From the NCBI GenBank assembly GCA_038882715.1, contig JAVZNR010000001.1, positions 179,668-243,667 of the forward strand: a stretch of 64,000 bases of DNA. The letters are read 5' to 3'. Below the pieces are notes generated by a model. It had not been told where the DNA came from. It was given only the letters and a program-made list of their open reading frames with translations, and searched no databases. Numbering within the stretch: the first letter of the stretch is position 1; each line of letters starts with the position of its first letter. This DNA comes from Candidatus Bathyarchaeia archaeon (lineage in GTDB: Archaea > Thermoproteota > Bathyarchaeia > Bathyarchaeales > DTEX01). Positions 47,174-57,741 of this stretch are shown here, in pieces. The translations under genes were made by a program, and so were the position numbers.

Positions 47174-47262
47174 TGGAGCCTCGGGCGGGCTTTGAACCCG
47201 CGACCCCCGCCTTTCTGGGACTTTACCAAGGCGGTGCCCTAACCGGACTAGGCCACCGAGGC
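47174..47262 (-). tRNA. tRNA-Thr (anticodon GGU) with an 11-nt intron at 37/38 and a genomically encoded CCA
   Basis: Folded by hand. The acceptor stem is GCCUCGG/CCGAGGC and the D stem is GCCU/GGGC. The anticodon stem is CCGCC/GGCGG and the loop is UUGGUAA after removing AAGUCCCAGAA (47213-47223). The T arm is GCGGG-UUCAAAG-CCCGC, with discriminator U plus CCA. Confidence 0.85.
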
Positions 47263-47287
47263 TCATTTAAGAATTCTTCGAAAAGAT

Positions 47288-47298
47288 CTTATATACTT
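47288..47298. promoter_or_regulatory. Candidate shared TATA element (CTTATATACTT) between tRNA-Thr and the ybaK-like gene
   Basis: It lies about 25-36 nt upstream of the tRNA 5' end on one strand and about 20-30 nt upstream of the ATG at 47318 on the other. That spacing is compatible with a leaderless mRNA. Confidence 0.4.
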
Positions 47299-47317
47299 TT
47301 AGGGGCAACGTATTTTT

Positions 47318-47794
47318 ATGTTGCGGGACTTCTCTTCTGAAGGCTTGAGGAGTTTTCTTGAATCTGCTGGTGTTAATGTTAGGTTCTTTAGGTTTGCTAG
47401 TCACACCATGACTGTTGATGATGCTGCGAGGCAGATTAATGTTGGTCGGGAGAAGATAATTAAAAGTTTGCTCTTTATTTGTGATAATGGTTCATCTGTT
47501 TTGGCGATTGTCCCCGGTGATAGAAGGGTTGATGAGAGAAAGTTGGCGGCGTTTTACGGTGTAAAAAGGGTTAGATGGGCTACGGCCTTGGAGGTTAAAG
47601 ATTTGACTGGCTATGATGTTGGCGCTGTCCCGCCAGTTGGGCACAAGAATAGGATAAAGACTATTATTGATGAGAGGGTTTTTAGGTTTGAGAGGGTTAT
47701 CGGTGGCGGCGGCGAGATAAACACCCTCATGGAAATAAGCCCGGAGGATATAAAGAGACTTAATGAGGCTCAGGTTGGAGATATAAGCAAGTGA
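47318..47794 (+). CDS. YbaK/EbsC-family aminoacyl-tRNA deacylase (trans-editing domain)
   Basis: Pattern MTVDDAA...IIKSLLF...VLAIVPGDRRVD..KL...TGYDVGAVPPVGH is typical of YbaK/ProX-type domains. Confidence 0.8.
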   Translation: MLRDFSSEGLRSFLESAGVNVRFFRFASHTMTVDDAARQINVGREKIIKSLLFICDNGSSVLAIVPGDRRVDERKLAAFYGVKRVRWATALEVKDLTGYDVGAVPPVGHKNRIKTIIDERVFRFERVIGGGGEINTLMEISPEDIKRLNEAQVGDISK

Positions 47795-47798
47795 CTAT

Positions 47799-50072
<2,274 letters not shown>

Positions 50073-50963
50073 CTATGTGGTGTGACAATACTTGGGAAAA
50101 ACTGTTTTAGCGAAATCCCTGAGGAAACTTATCACTCTATCCGGTGGAGTGTTTGACATCGATAGATCCACTATGATTTTGTCCGCTCCAGCTTCACCGT
50201 ATTCCTCTATCTTTGAAATCCAGCCGGATGGATCTTCACCTAGAGCATCAGGATATGTGAGCGAAGGCGCCAAAATTATTTTCTTACTTTCTCGCCCAGT
50301 TTTCTCAGCAACTTTAGATGCCAGCGCCCTAAAATCTTTAACCGGCATGTTAGATAATGGCAGAAGCCCTGAGCCGTATCTAGCTGTGATTTCCAATATT
50401 TTATCAGAGGATCCTCCAAACCATATTGGGGGATAGGGTTTCTGGACGGGTTTAGGCCAGAAAGGCGCCTCAACAATCCTATAGTATTTGCCATTATATG
50501 TAACCTTTTTATCCTCAGTCCAGAGCCTCAATATTATTTCTAGCGATTCAAGCATTCTTGAGATGCGCTCTTTATGACCGCCCCACCATAGGCCGAAGGA
50601 GATGGCTTCATCCCTAAACCATCCGGCGCCCACGCCGAAATTAACTCGGCCCCTAGAGATCACGTCCACTGTGGCAACTATTTTCGCTATTCTGCCGGGG
50701 TCATAAAATGGTAGGGGTGAAACCCTTGCCCCCAACCTTATCCTCCTAGTCTGGGCAGCTATAGCCGAGAGCAGGGTCCAAGCATCGAGTTTATTTGGTC
50801 TTTCAGGGTCTCCACCAGTCTTCTCGTAGAACTCTTTTGGGAGATAGAAGTGGTCTCCGACCCAAATTGAGTCGAAACCCAGTTCTTCGGCAGTTCTAGA
50901 GAACTCTAAAACCTCATAGTATCCGTATCGTCCATGTGTGGGTAAATGGACATCAAAATGCAA
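50073..50963 (-). CDS. Luciferase-like (LLM class) F420-dependent oxidoreductase
   Basis: TIM-barrel LLM pattern (GFDSIWVGDHF, GVGAGW), 296 aa. Confidence 0.7.
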   Translation of the reverse strand: MHFDVHLPTHGRYGYYEVLEFSRTAEELGFDSIWVGDHFYLPKEFYEKTGGDPERPNKLDAWTLLSAIAAQTRRIRLGARVSPLPFYDPGRIAKIVATVDVISRGRVNFGVGAGWFRDEAISFGLWWGGHKERISRMLESLEIILRLWTEDKKVTYNGKYYRIVEAPFWPKPVQKPYPPIWFGGSSDKILEITARYGSGLLPLSNMPVKDFRALASKVAEKTGRESKKIILAPSLTYPDALGEDPSGWISKIEEYGEAGADKIIVDLSMSNTPPDRVISFLRDFAKTVFPKYCHTT

Positions 50964-50978
50964 ATTATTCCCTTCCCC

Positions 50979-51392
50979 TTAAGATTCAAGGTGCTTAACT
51001 AATTTTTGCTCTAGAACCTTTTTCGGCATAGCGCCAACAAACCTATCCACGAGAACACCATCCTTGAAAACTAGGAACGTTGGTATACTCATTACCCCAT
51101 ACTCCGCCGGCTTCTCTGGGTTTTCGTCAACGTTTAATTTTCCGAAGAGGATTTTGCCAGAATACTCTTTAGCCAACTCATCTATTATCGGCGCCATCAT
51201 CCTGCATGGCGCGCACCAAGGAGCCCAAAAATCAACCACAACTAGATGATTTCCCTCTACGATTTCCCTGAAATTTAAATCGGTTACCTCTATAGGCTCA
51301 TCTGCAACACCCTGTCTTCTAAAGGTTCTCCTCATTAAATCTTCAATTTTTCTTTTGCGTATTCTTTCCAGCTCATCATTCTCTTCACTCAT
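50979..51392 (-). CDS. trxA: Thioredoxin
   Basis: WAPWCAPCR active site, with an N-terminal charged extension. Confidence 0.9.
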   Translation of the reverse strand: MSEENDELERIRKRKIEDLMRRTFRRQGVADEPIEVTDLNFREIVEGNHLVVVDFWAPWCAPCRMMAPIIDELAKEYSGKILFGKLNVDENPEKPAEYGVMSIPTFLVFKDGVLVDRFVGAMPKKVLEQKLVKHLES

Positions 51393-51578
51393 ATAAGGTT
51401 TTAAGATGCATTAAGGCTTATAAGCATTAACGGTTATCCTCAAACATGTTCTACGATAAAAACTGTAAGATTAACAGATACTTTGAGGTTTACGCTGAAA
51501 ACAAAATTAGCTTATTTACTCTTTGAAAAGATTTAAAATATTTCAACGCGAAAATTAAAAGATTGTTGATGGAGTGAG

Positions 51579-52673
51579 GTGGAGAAGGCTTTGGCTGAAA
51601 TCAGGGTTGCGATAGCAGGCGTTGGGAACGGTGCCTCAGCGCTTGTTCAAGGCGTACATTATTACAGGGACGCGAAGGAAACAGACTTTGTTCCAGGTTT
51701 AATGCACGTTAAGTTTGGGGGCTATCATGTCAGGGACATAAAGTTTGTTGCAGCATTTGAAGTAAACAGATTAAAGATTGGAAAGGATCTCAGCGAGGCG
51801 ATATTCACGGAGCCGAACTGTTGCCCAAAATTCGTTGATTCGATTCCAAGTCTGGGGGTTAAAGTTCTGCCAGCGCCGATAATGGATGGCGTCGCCCCCC
51901 ACATGAGGGAGGCTTTCAAGGTGTACTCAGAAGACGAGATAGAGCCTGTAGACGTAGCTGAGGTTCTTAGAAAAAGCAGGGCGGACATACTTGTAAACTA
52001 TATGCCTGTTGGAAGCTATGAGGCTACGAGGTTCTATGCTCAGACAGCTATAGAAGCTGGATGCGCCTTCGTCAATTGTATCCCGGAGTTTATCGCCAGC
52101 GATAGGGAGTGGGCTGCCAGGTTCGAGAAGGCTGGTTTACCGGTTGCTGGCGACGATGTTAAGAGCCAGCTGGGCGCAACAATCCTTCATAGAGAGATCA
52201 TCAGGCTTTTTGTTGATAGAGGCGTTAAAGTCGATGAGACCTATCAATTAAATATAGGCGGAGACACAGACTTCCAGAACATGACTATGGAAGAGAGGCT
52301 TAAATCAAAGCGCATAAGTAAAACAGAAGCCGTCACAAGCCTAGTTCCATACCATGTTCCGACGAGAATAGGGCCCTCGGATTTTGTACCTTTCCTAGGA
52401 AACAAGAAGATATGTTACATATATGTTAGGGGTAAAAACTTTGGGGATCAACCGGTCACCGTATGGGTTAAACTTGAGGTTGAAGACGCCCCGAACAGCG
52501 CTGGGGTCGTTATTGACGTTTTAAGGGCGACTAAAATTGGTTTAGATAGAGGCGTGGCTGGACCATTAATTAGCATATCGGCTTACGCCTTTAAGCACCC
52601 TCCCCTGCAGGTTGAAGATCCGGTAGCGAAGAGGTGGGTTGAAGAGTTTATAGAGGGGAAGAGGGAAAGATAG
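51579..52673 (+). CDS. myo-Inositol-1-phosphate synthase (archaeal short type)
   Basis: IRVAIAGVGNGASALVQG N-terminus plus SQLGAT and GGDTDF motifs. GTG start. Confidence 0.8.
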   Translation: MEKALAEIRVAIAGVGNGASALVQGVHYYRDAKETDFVPGLMHVKFGGYHVRDIKFVAAFEVNRLKIGKDLSEAIFTEPNCCPKFVDSIPSLGVKVLPAPIMDGVAPHMREAFKVYSEDEIEPVDVAEVLRKSRADILVNYMPVGSYEATRFYAQTAIEAGCAFVNCIPEFIASDREWAARFEKAGLPVAGDDVKSQLGATILHREIIRLFVDRGVKVDETYQLNIGGDTDFQNMTMEERLKSKRISKTEAVTSLVPYHVPTRIGPSDFVPFLGNKKICYIYVRGKNFGDQPVTVWVKLEVEDAPNSAGVVIDVLRATKIGLDRGVAGPLISISAYAFKHPPLQVEDPVAKRWVEEFIEGKRER

Positions 52674-52697
52674 GTTCGCCGAGCATCCCGACGGATT

Positions 52698-53375
52698 TTA
52701 GCGGATTAACTGTAGCCACCTTTTATATGCCTCAAATATTCTACGTAATTTTTTAATTGGCTTGCTGTCCAAGTCAACCCTTAAGTTTATTGTTGGGCGC
52801 GACTCGTGTATCGGCTCCCTCTCGACGACCAGCAGCGCCGCTGAAAGATTTCCTCTCCGATCTCCTCCAGCCTCTTGTCCGGCTTCTAAGGCTCTCATAA
52901 GTCTCTCTGCAAGCCACTCGCCTTCAGATTCCTCAAATGCATCCATCATGGCTTCTAAAACCACCCCGGAGGTTAAGGCGTTCCCTGCGGCAACACAGTC
53001 TCTGCCAGCAATATGCCCCTTCCACTCCAATGTTTCTCTGCCTGTGAAGGCTGCTTTCCTACCGAACGGGTCGATTATAGATATTTGTCTCTTCTCTCTC
53101 AGCGGATCTCGTTCGAGAAGAGCGTTTATAACTGCTTCTGGAGTAAGCCCGCTGCGTAGCAGCCTTAATCCCTCAACTCCATGAAAGAAATTCGTGTATC
53201 CTTGGACGGCTAGCGCACCAACGTTTGGCTCCAAATGCGGGACAGCGCTTCCAACAGCTATAGAAGCGGAGGAGACGCTTACCCCTAAAGCCAGCGTTTC
53301 CGGGCATCTCGCAACAATGGAAAAAGTGCTGCCTAAATCACCTAAAAAACATTTTGACTTCAACCTTATCACCAT
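52698..53375 (-). CDS. DUF1028-family (Ntn-hydrolase-like) protein
   Basis: TFSIVARCPETLALGVSVSSASIAVGSAVPH resembles the DUF1028 N-terminus. The exact start is uncertain and the gene overlaps the ribK 3' end. Confidence 0.65.
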   Translation of the reverse strand: MVIRLKSKCFLGDLGSTFSIVARCPETLALGVSVSSASIAVGSAVPHLEPNVGALAVQGYTNFFHGVEGLRLLRSGLTPEAVINALLERDPLREKRQISIIDPFGRKAAFTGRETLEWKGHIAGRDCVAAGNALTSGVVLEAMMDAFEESEGEWLAERLMRALEAGQEAGGDRRGNLSAALLVVEREPIHESRPTINLRVDLDSKPIKKLRRIFEAYKRWLQLIR

Positions 53376-53742
53376 CCCTAAGTTTCAAAGTCTTTCTTAG
53401 GCAGATTGGAGCGATAACCTCCACGAGATTTGTTGGGTAGCTTGGAACAAGGGGTCTTATTACTCCTCCGGGGAAGCTCGATGCTATAATGGCCCTATAC
53501 AGAACGCCGGGAAAATAATTGTTTTCTGGAACTATTCTATATCCTAAACAATTGTTAATGAGCAGTTTTCTCAAAACGCCGCTGTCCTCATTGGTTAACG
53601 TTAAATTTAGAGTTCCGGGATAGGGCTTGAAGCCGAGAATCTCCTCAACCTGTTTTCTGAACCACGGTAGGGAAGAAAACTTCTTTCCTTCACCCGCGCC
53701 GGAGGAGACGAAGCCTCTTATAATCACGTATTCGCCTTCCAT
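53338..53742 (-). CDS. ribK: CTP-dependent riboflavin kinase (archaeal RibK, MJ0056 family)
   Basis: Motif GFVSSGAGEGKKF...LGFKPYPGTLNL. Starting at the internal Met (MEGEYVIRG) gives the typical length of about 134 aa. Confidence 0.8.
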   Translation of the reverse strand: MEGEYVIIRGFVSSGAGEGKKFSSLPWFRKQVEEILGFKPYPGTLNLTLTNEDSGVLRKLLINNCLGYRIVPENNYFPGVLYRAIIASSFPGGVIRPLVPSYPTNLVEVIAPICLRKTLKLRDGDKVEVKMFFR

Positions 53743-53769
53743 CCTTATCCCATTTCTTTCCAAAAATAA

Positions 53770-53791
53770 TTTAGGTTGAAAGAAACCTAAA
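53770..53791. promoter_or_regulatory. Perfect 8-6-8 palindrome TTTAGGTT-GAAAGA-AACCTAAA in the ribK / ABC-permease divergent intergenic region
   Basis: The palindrome is seen directly in the sequence. A role as an operator is inferred. Confidence 0.35.
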
Positions 53792-53851
53792 AAGAATATA
53801 AGTTCAGTCTCATTTCTAATCTTTGAGTGGTACGTAAGGAGATAGGCTTCC

Positions 53852-55522
53852 TTGAGAAAGCATACCACGATAATATCCAATTTAATTGGAAAGCTGGATT
53901 ACATCTCCTCTAAAAGCATGGTTAAATTCCTAGTTTATTCCTCCTCTATAATATTCTTCTTTTCATTGATTTTTCTTCCACCCGTCATTGGTGTTCTTGA
54001 GAACATTATTTATGTTAACGCTATTTTTCAGGACCCCGGTCTCCTCTCTAGAGCTAATGCGGCAATTCTACAATCTTTTACTATGGCGTTTACAGTTGCT
54101 CTATCAGATTTGGTGGCGGCTCTGCCTCTCGCATGGTTCATAGCGAGAAGCAAAACTAGAGCAGTGCACTTCATAGACACCTTGGTCGACGTTCCATTTC
54201 TAATACCTACGGCCGCTTTGGGCTACTCTGCTCTACTTTTCTGGAGCGATCGAGGGGGGATCTCCAGAATCCTTGGGGTAGAATCCCTTGTTCCACCCGG
54301 CTTTATTCTAGTATTCCTCCTACAATTCGCCTTCTCATATCCGGTTATAGTCAGGGTTATGGTTGGAGAGCTACTGAATTATGCGGAGGTATACGAGGTG
54401 GCTGCCAGAACTCTCGGCGCAAATCCTTTGACCGCCGTTAGGACGATAACGCTGCCGCTTCTTAAGCCGGGGGTAATAGCATCTTTCCTCCTAGCGTTCG
54501 CCAGATCGCTTTCAGAGACAGGTGCAACAGTTATGGTGGCCGGCTCATGGGAGAACGGCCCCGTATTCATATTTAGAACGCTGGACGCTGTCGATCTTCC
54601 ACTTCATTTAAAGAATGGGGTTTTAGTCTACGTTAGCTCCACGCTAATGTTGACATCGGTAGTGCTCTTCTTCTTAATAAGCCTGCTGGCGCCTAAACTC
54701 AGGTTTCCAGTAAAATTTGTTTTTCCAAGCATCGAGAGAAGACTTAGCAGCTCTGAAGCCATTAAGCTTAGAAACATGGTGGCGATCCTGTTTTTCCTAT
54801 TCGTCGTTATATCTCCATCGCTGTTTATAGCGCTGCCAGTAGTGAACGCTCTCTTCGATGGAACAATAAACGTAGCTCTCGCAGGCTTAGACCCATGGGA
54901 TAAATTCTGGCGTAGCATGTCCATCTCCTACTCTATAAGTCTATCGGCAACCCTGCTGAATATCGTTTTTGGGCTACCAGCGGCGGTATTGATCGCTAGG
55001 AGGAAGCTTGGTAGAGCTACGCCGATATTTAAGGCCTTAGTAAGTGTGCCAATAATAGTTCCATCGATAACGCTTGGTTACTCTCTAAGCCTTTTCTGGA
55101 ATAGATACGGTTTCCTACATGAGTATTGGGTTCTACTCTTCTCCCATATGGCTATAACTTACACCTATTTCGTTGAGTCTATGGCTGCAGCCATAGAAAG
55201 CATTCCTCTAGAAATAGAGGATGTGGCGAGCACCTTGGGGGCGAAGCCATTCATGATATTTCGCAGGATAACTCTTCCATTAACAAGGTACTCCGCTTTT
55301 TCAGGCGCAATTCTAGTTTTCACTAGGGCTTTAGGTGAGACTGGGGCAGCCAAAGCTGTTGCGAAAACGCAGGAGTGCTGGACTCTCCCAGTCTTACTGG
55401 TTGGCTGGATTAAGAGCGGAGCGATTACTGGTTCACAGAAAGCGCTGGGCGCAGGGCTATATATAGCCCTGTCCTTTGTAGCCCTCTTAGCCCTAAGGTT
55501 TCTGATGAGGAGGTCAAAGTAG
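53852..55522 (+). CDS. ABC transporter permease, fused double TMD (CysTW/ModB/FbpB/ThiP-like)
   Basis: Two EAA-loop motifs (EVAARTLGANPLTAVRTITLPLLKPG and EDVASTLGAKPFMIFRRITLPL) and about 12 TM helices. The true start is possibly the Met at 53918. Confidence 0.8.
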   Translation: MRKHTTIISNLIGKLDYISSKSMVKFLVYSSSIIFFFSLIFLPPVIGVLENIIYVNAIFQDPGLLSRANAAILQSFTMAFTVALSDLVAALPLAWFIARSKTRAVHFIDTLVDVPFLIPTAALGYSALLFWSDRGGISRILGVESLVPPGFILVFLLQFAFSYPVIVRVMVGELLNYAEVYEVAARTLGANPLTAVRTITLPLLKPGVIASFLLAFARSLSETGATVMVAGSWENGPVFIFRTLDAVDLPLHLKNGVLVYVSSTLMLTSVVLFFLISLLAPKLRFPVKFVFPSIERRLSSSEAIKLRNMVAILFFLFVVISPSLFIALPVVNALFDGTINVALAGLDPWDKFWRSMSISYSISLSATLLNIVFGLPAAVLIARRKLGRATPIFKALVSVPIIVPSITLGYSLSLFWNRYGFLHEYWVLLFSHMAITYTYFVESMAAAIESIPLEIEDVASTLGAKPFMIFRRITLPLTRYSAFSGAILVFTRALGETGAAKAVAKTQECWTLPVLLVGWIKSGAITGSQKALGAGLYIALSFVALLALRFLMRRSK

Positions 55523-55526
55523 TAAA

Positions 55527-56639
55527 ATGCCATCAATAAAGCTCGTGAACGTTACTAAAAGCTACGGAAATATAGCTGCGATAAAAAATCTAAGTTTAAC
55601 CGTAAACGATTGTGAATACGTGTGCGTATTGGGGCCGACTGGAAGCGGGAAAACAACGCTGCTTAAACTTATTGCGGGGGTTATTAAACCGGATAAAGGC
55701 GAAATATATATTGACGGTAAGCTCGTAAATGATGTTCCACCGCAGGAGCGCAATGTGGCATATGTCCCTCAGCATTACGCGTTATTTCCACATCTAAGCG
55801 TAATAGAAAACGTTGCCTTCGGACCCTTATCTAAAGGCCTTAGAAAGGAAGACGCCTATAATGTGTCGATGAGCATGCTTGAGATGACGAGGCTTTCATG
55901 GAGAGCGAATTCCTTCCCGCATGAGCTTAGCGGCGGCATGCAGCAGCGCCTAGCTCTTGCGAGGGGGTTGGCTTCAGGGGCTAAAATACTGCTTCTAGAT
56001 GAGCCGCTAGGGGCTTTAGATGCTAGGCTGCGTGTTGAGCTCAGATATAAACTTAAAGATCTTGCTGAGAAAAATAAGCTAACAGTGATACATGTTACTC
56101 ATGATCAGGAGGAGGCCATGTCTATAGCCGACAGAATAGTGGTCTTGAGGAATGGTGAGATAGTTCAGGAGGGGTCGCCTTCCCACATTTATGATGAGCC
56201 CGTAAATATTTTTGTGGCGCATTTTGTTGGGGGAGCGAACTTCTTTGAGGGGTTTATCGCCGAGATAGACGAGCATGGCTCTTGGGTTCAGCTAAGAAAC
56301 GGTTTTCTTCTGCGGGTTAATGATGCTTCTAGGCATGTGGGTGAAAAGGTTGTTGTGATGGTGAGAGAAGAGAAAATTGAGGTTCTTAAGTCGGTGAGGA
56401 GAATTGAGGGAATAAATTTGTTGCCTGGGAGAATAGAAGAGATTAGGTTTCTTGGAGACTTCACTTCATACCATATCCTGCTAGATAATGGAGATAAAGT
56501 TGTTTCAAAGATGCCGACCCTTACAGGCATTGGGAGATTTAGGGTTGGGGAAAGAGTTTACGTTCGCTTAAAACCAGAAAATTTGAGGACTTATAGTTAT
56601 CCTCCACATGGGCTTTACAAGGAGCTAGAGGTGATATAG
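55527..56639 (+). CDS. ABC transporter ATP-binding protein with a C-terminal TOBE/MalK-like regulatory domain
   Basis: Walker A GPTGSGKTT, signature LSGGMQQR, Walker B LLLDEPLGALD and H-loop VTHDQ. Confidence 0.9.
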   Translation: MPSIKLVNVTKSYGNIAAIKNLSLTVNDCEYVCVLGPTGSGKTTLLKLIAGVIKPDKGEIYIDGKLVNDVPPQERNVAYVPQHYALFPHLSVIENVAFGPLSKGLRKEDAYNVSMSMLEMTRLSWRANSFPHELSGGMQQRLALARGLASGAKILLLDEPLGALDARLRVELRYKLKDLAEKNKLTVIHVTHDQEEAMSIADRIVVLRNGEIVQEGSPSHIYDEPVNIFVAHFVGGANFFEGFIAEIDEHGSWVQLRNGFLLRVNDASRHVGEKVVVMVREEKIEVLKSVRRIEGINLLPGRIEEIRFLGDFTSYHILLDNGDKVVSKMPTLTGIGRFRVGERVYVRLKPENLRTYSYPPHGLYKELEVI

Positions 56640-56640
56640 T

Positions 56641-57735
56641 ATTCCGCCTATTCGCCTTGTTAACGTAACAAAAAGATACGGGAACATAATTGCCTTAAAA
56701 AGTGCTAATCTCAAAGTTGAGGATAAAGAATACTTATGTATTCTCGGCCCCAGCGGGTGCGGCAAAACAACGCTGATAAAATGTATAGCCGGCATCATTG
56801 AACCCGATGAAGGCGAGATATACATAGGCGATAGGATCGTAAACGGGCTCCCCATGGAGGATAGAGGTGTTGGATATGTCTTCCAAGAGATCGCGCTCTT
56901 CCCACATATGAGCATATACGATAATGTTTCTTATGGCCCGTTTGTTAAAGGATGGAAGATCACCGCGGCCAAGGACCTGATTGAAGAGATGCTTAACATG
57001 ATGAAGCTGCGGGATAGGGCTGGGGATTATCCAAGCGCGCTCAGCGGCGGTGCAAGGCAGAAAACGGCTGTAGCTAGGGCTTTAGTCTCCGGCTCGAAGC
57101 TACTGTTACTTGATGAGCCTCTCGGCTCGCTTGACGCTAAAGTAAGGGTGCTTCTAAGATACGAGTTAAGGAGGCTTGTTAAGGACCTAGAGCTAACAGC
57201 AATCCATGTTACTCATGATCAGGAGGAGGCCATGTCTATAGCCGACAGAATAGTGGTTATGAGGGCTGGCGAGATAGTTGAGGTTGGCACACCGCTAGAA
57301 CTTTATATGCGCCCGAAAAAGATTTTCACCGCGAACTTTCTCGGGGAAGCGAACTTTTTTACGGGCGAAATATTGGAGAGAAATGAGCACGTGAAGATTA
57401 ATGCTGAGGGAGCCATCCTCTATAGTTCAAATAGGGTTGATTTTGAGGGCAAAAAGGTTATCGCAGCCATAAGACCTGAGTTCATCATCATGAGAAAGGA
57501 TGGATCTTCTAAGGGAGCATGGAGGGGCGTTATCGAGAGGAAGGCTTTCTTAGGTAGCCTAGTTCGCTTTGAGGTCCGCATGAATAATGGGATCTTAGTT
57601 GTCGTTAAAAAACCCTCCTTGGAAGCCCCTAAATTTAATGTTGGAGATAACGTGAGCATAATTATGCCCCATGAATTTCTGCTTTTATATCCGTATCCCG
57701 AAGAAGGTTTAGAGAAAGCGATCTCCATAGAGTAG
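56641..57735 (+). CDS. Second ABC transporter ATP-binding protein (paralog) with an apparent ATT initiation codon
   Basis: The frame is open from 35 to 57735. It encodes IPPIRLVNVTKRYGN...GPSGCGKTT, LSGGARQK and LLLDEPLGSLD. No ATG, GTG or TTG occurs before Walker A. GAGGTGAT (SD) lies 5 nt upstream of the ATT. Confidence 0.7.
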   Translation: MPPIRLVNVTKRYGNIIALKSANLKVEDKEYLCILGPSGCGKTTLIKCIAGIIEPDEGEIYIGDRIVNGLPMEDRGVGYVFQEIALFPHMSIYDNVSYGPFVKGWKITAAKDLIEEMLNMMKLRDRAGDYPSALSGGARQKTAVARALVSGSKLLLLDEPLGSLDAKVRVLLRYELRRLVKDLELTAIHVTHDQEEAMSIADRIVVMRAGEIVEVGTPLELYMRPKKIFTANFLGEANFFTGEILERNEHVKINAEGAILYSSNRVDFEGKKVIAAIRPEFIIMRKDGSSKGAWRGVIERKAFLGSLVRFEVRMNNGILVVVKKPSLEAPKFNVGDNVSIIMPHEFLLLYPYPEEGLEKAISIE

Positions 57736-57741
57736 GAAACC

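Noticed and set aside
42100-47262. Direct repeat of the tRNA-Thr 3' half (att site) that would delimit an intact integrated element covering the glycan locus
   Set aside because: Scanning the intergenic regions by eye found no copy of the tRNA 3' segment. The locus genes look like an ordinary chromosomal glycosylation operon. This needs a computational repeat search to be definitive.
47080-47340. 86-aa plus-strand ORF spanning the tRNA-Thr locus
   Set aside because: The region folds into a complete tRNA on the opposite strand. The ORF is an artefact of the stop-free GC-rich tRNA sequence.
53743-53880. 46-codon N-terminal extension of the riboflavin kinase ORF (MDIIVVCFLKEAYLL...)
   Set aside because: The extension has no counterpart in RibK family proteins and lies in an AT-rich promoter-like spacer containing a palindrome. 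It would also overlap the divergent permease ORF. The internal Met gives the canonical length of about 134 aa.
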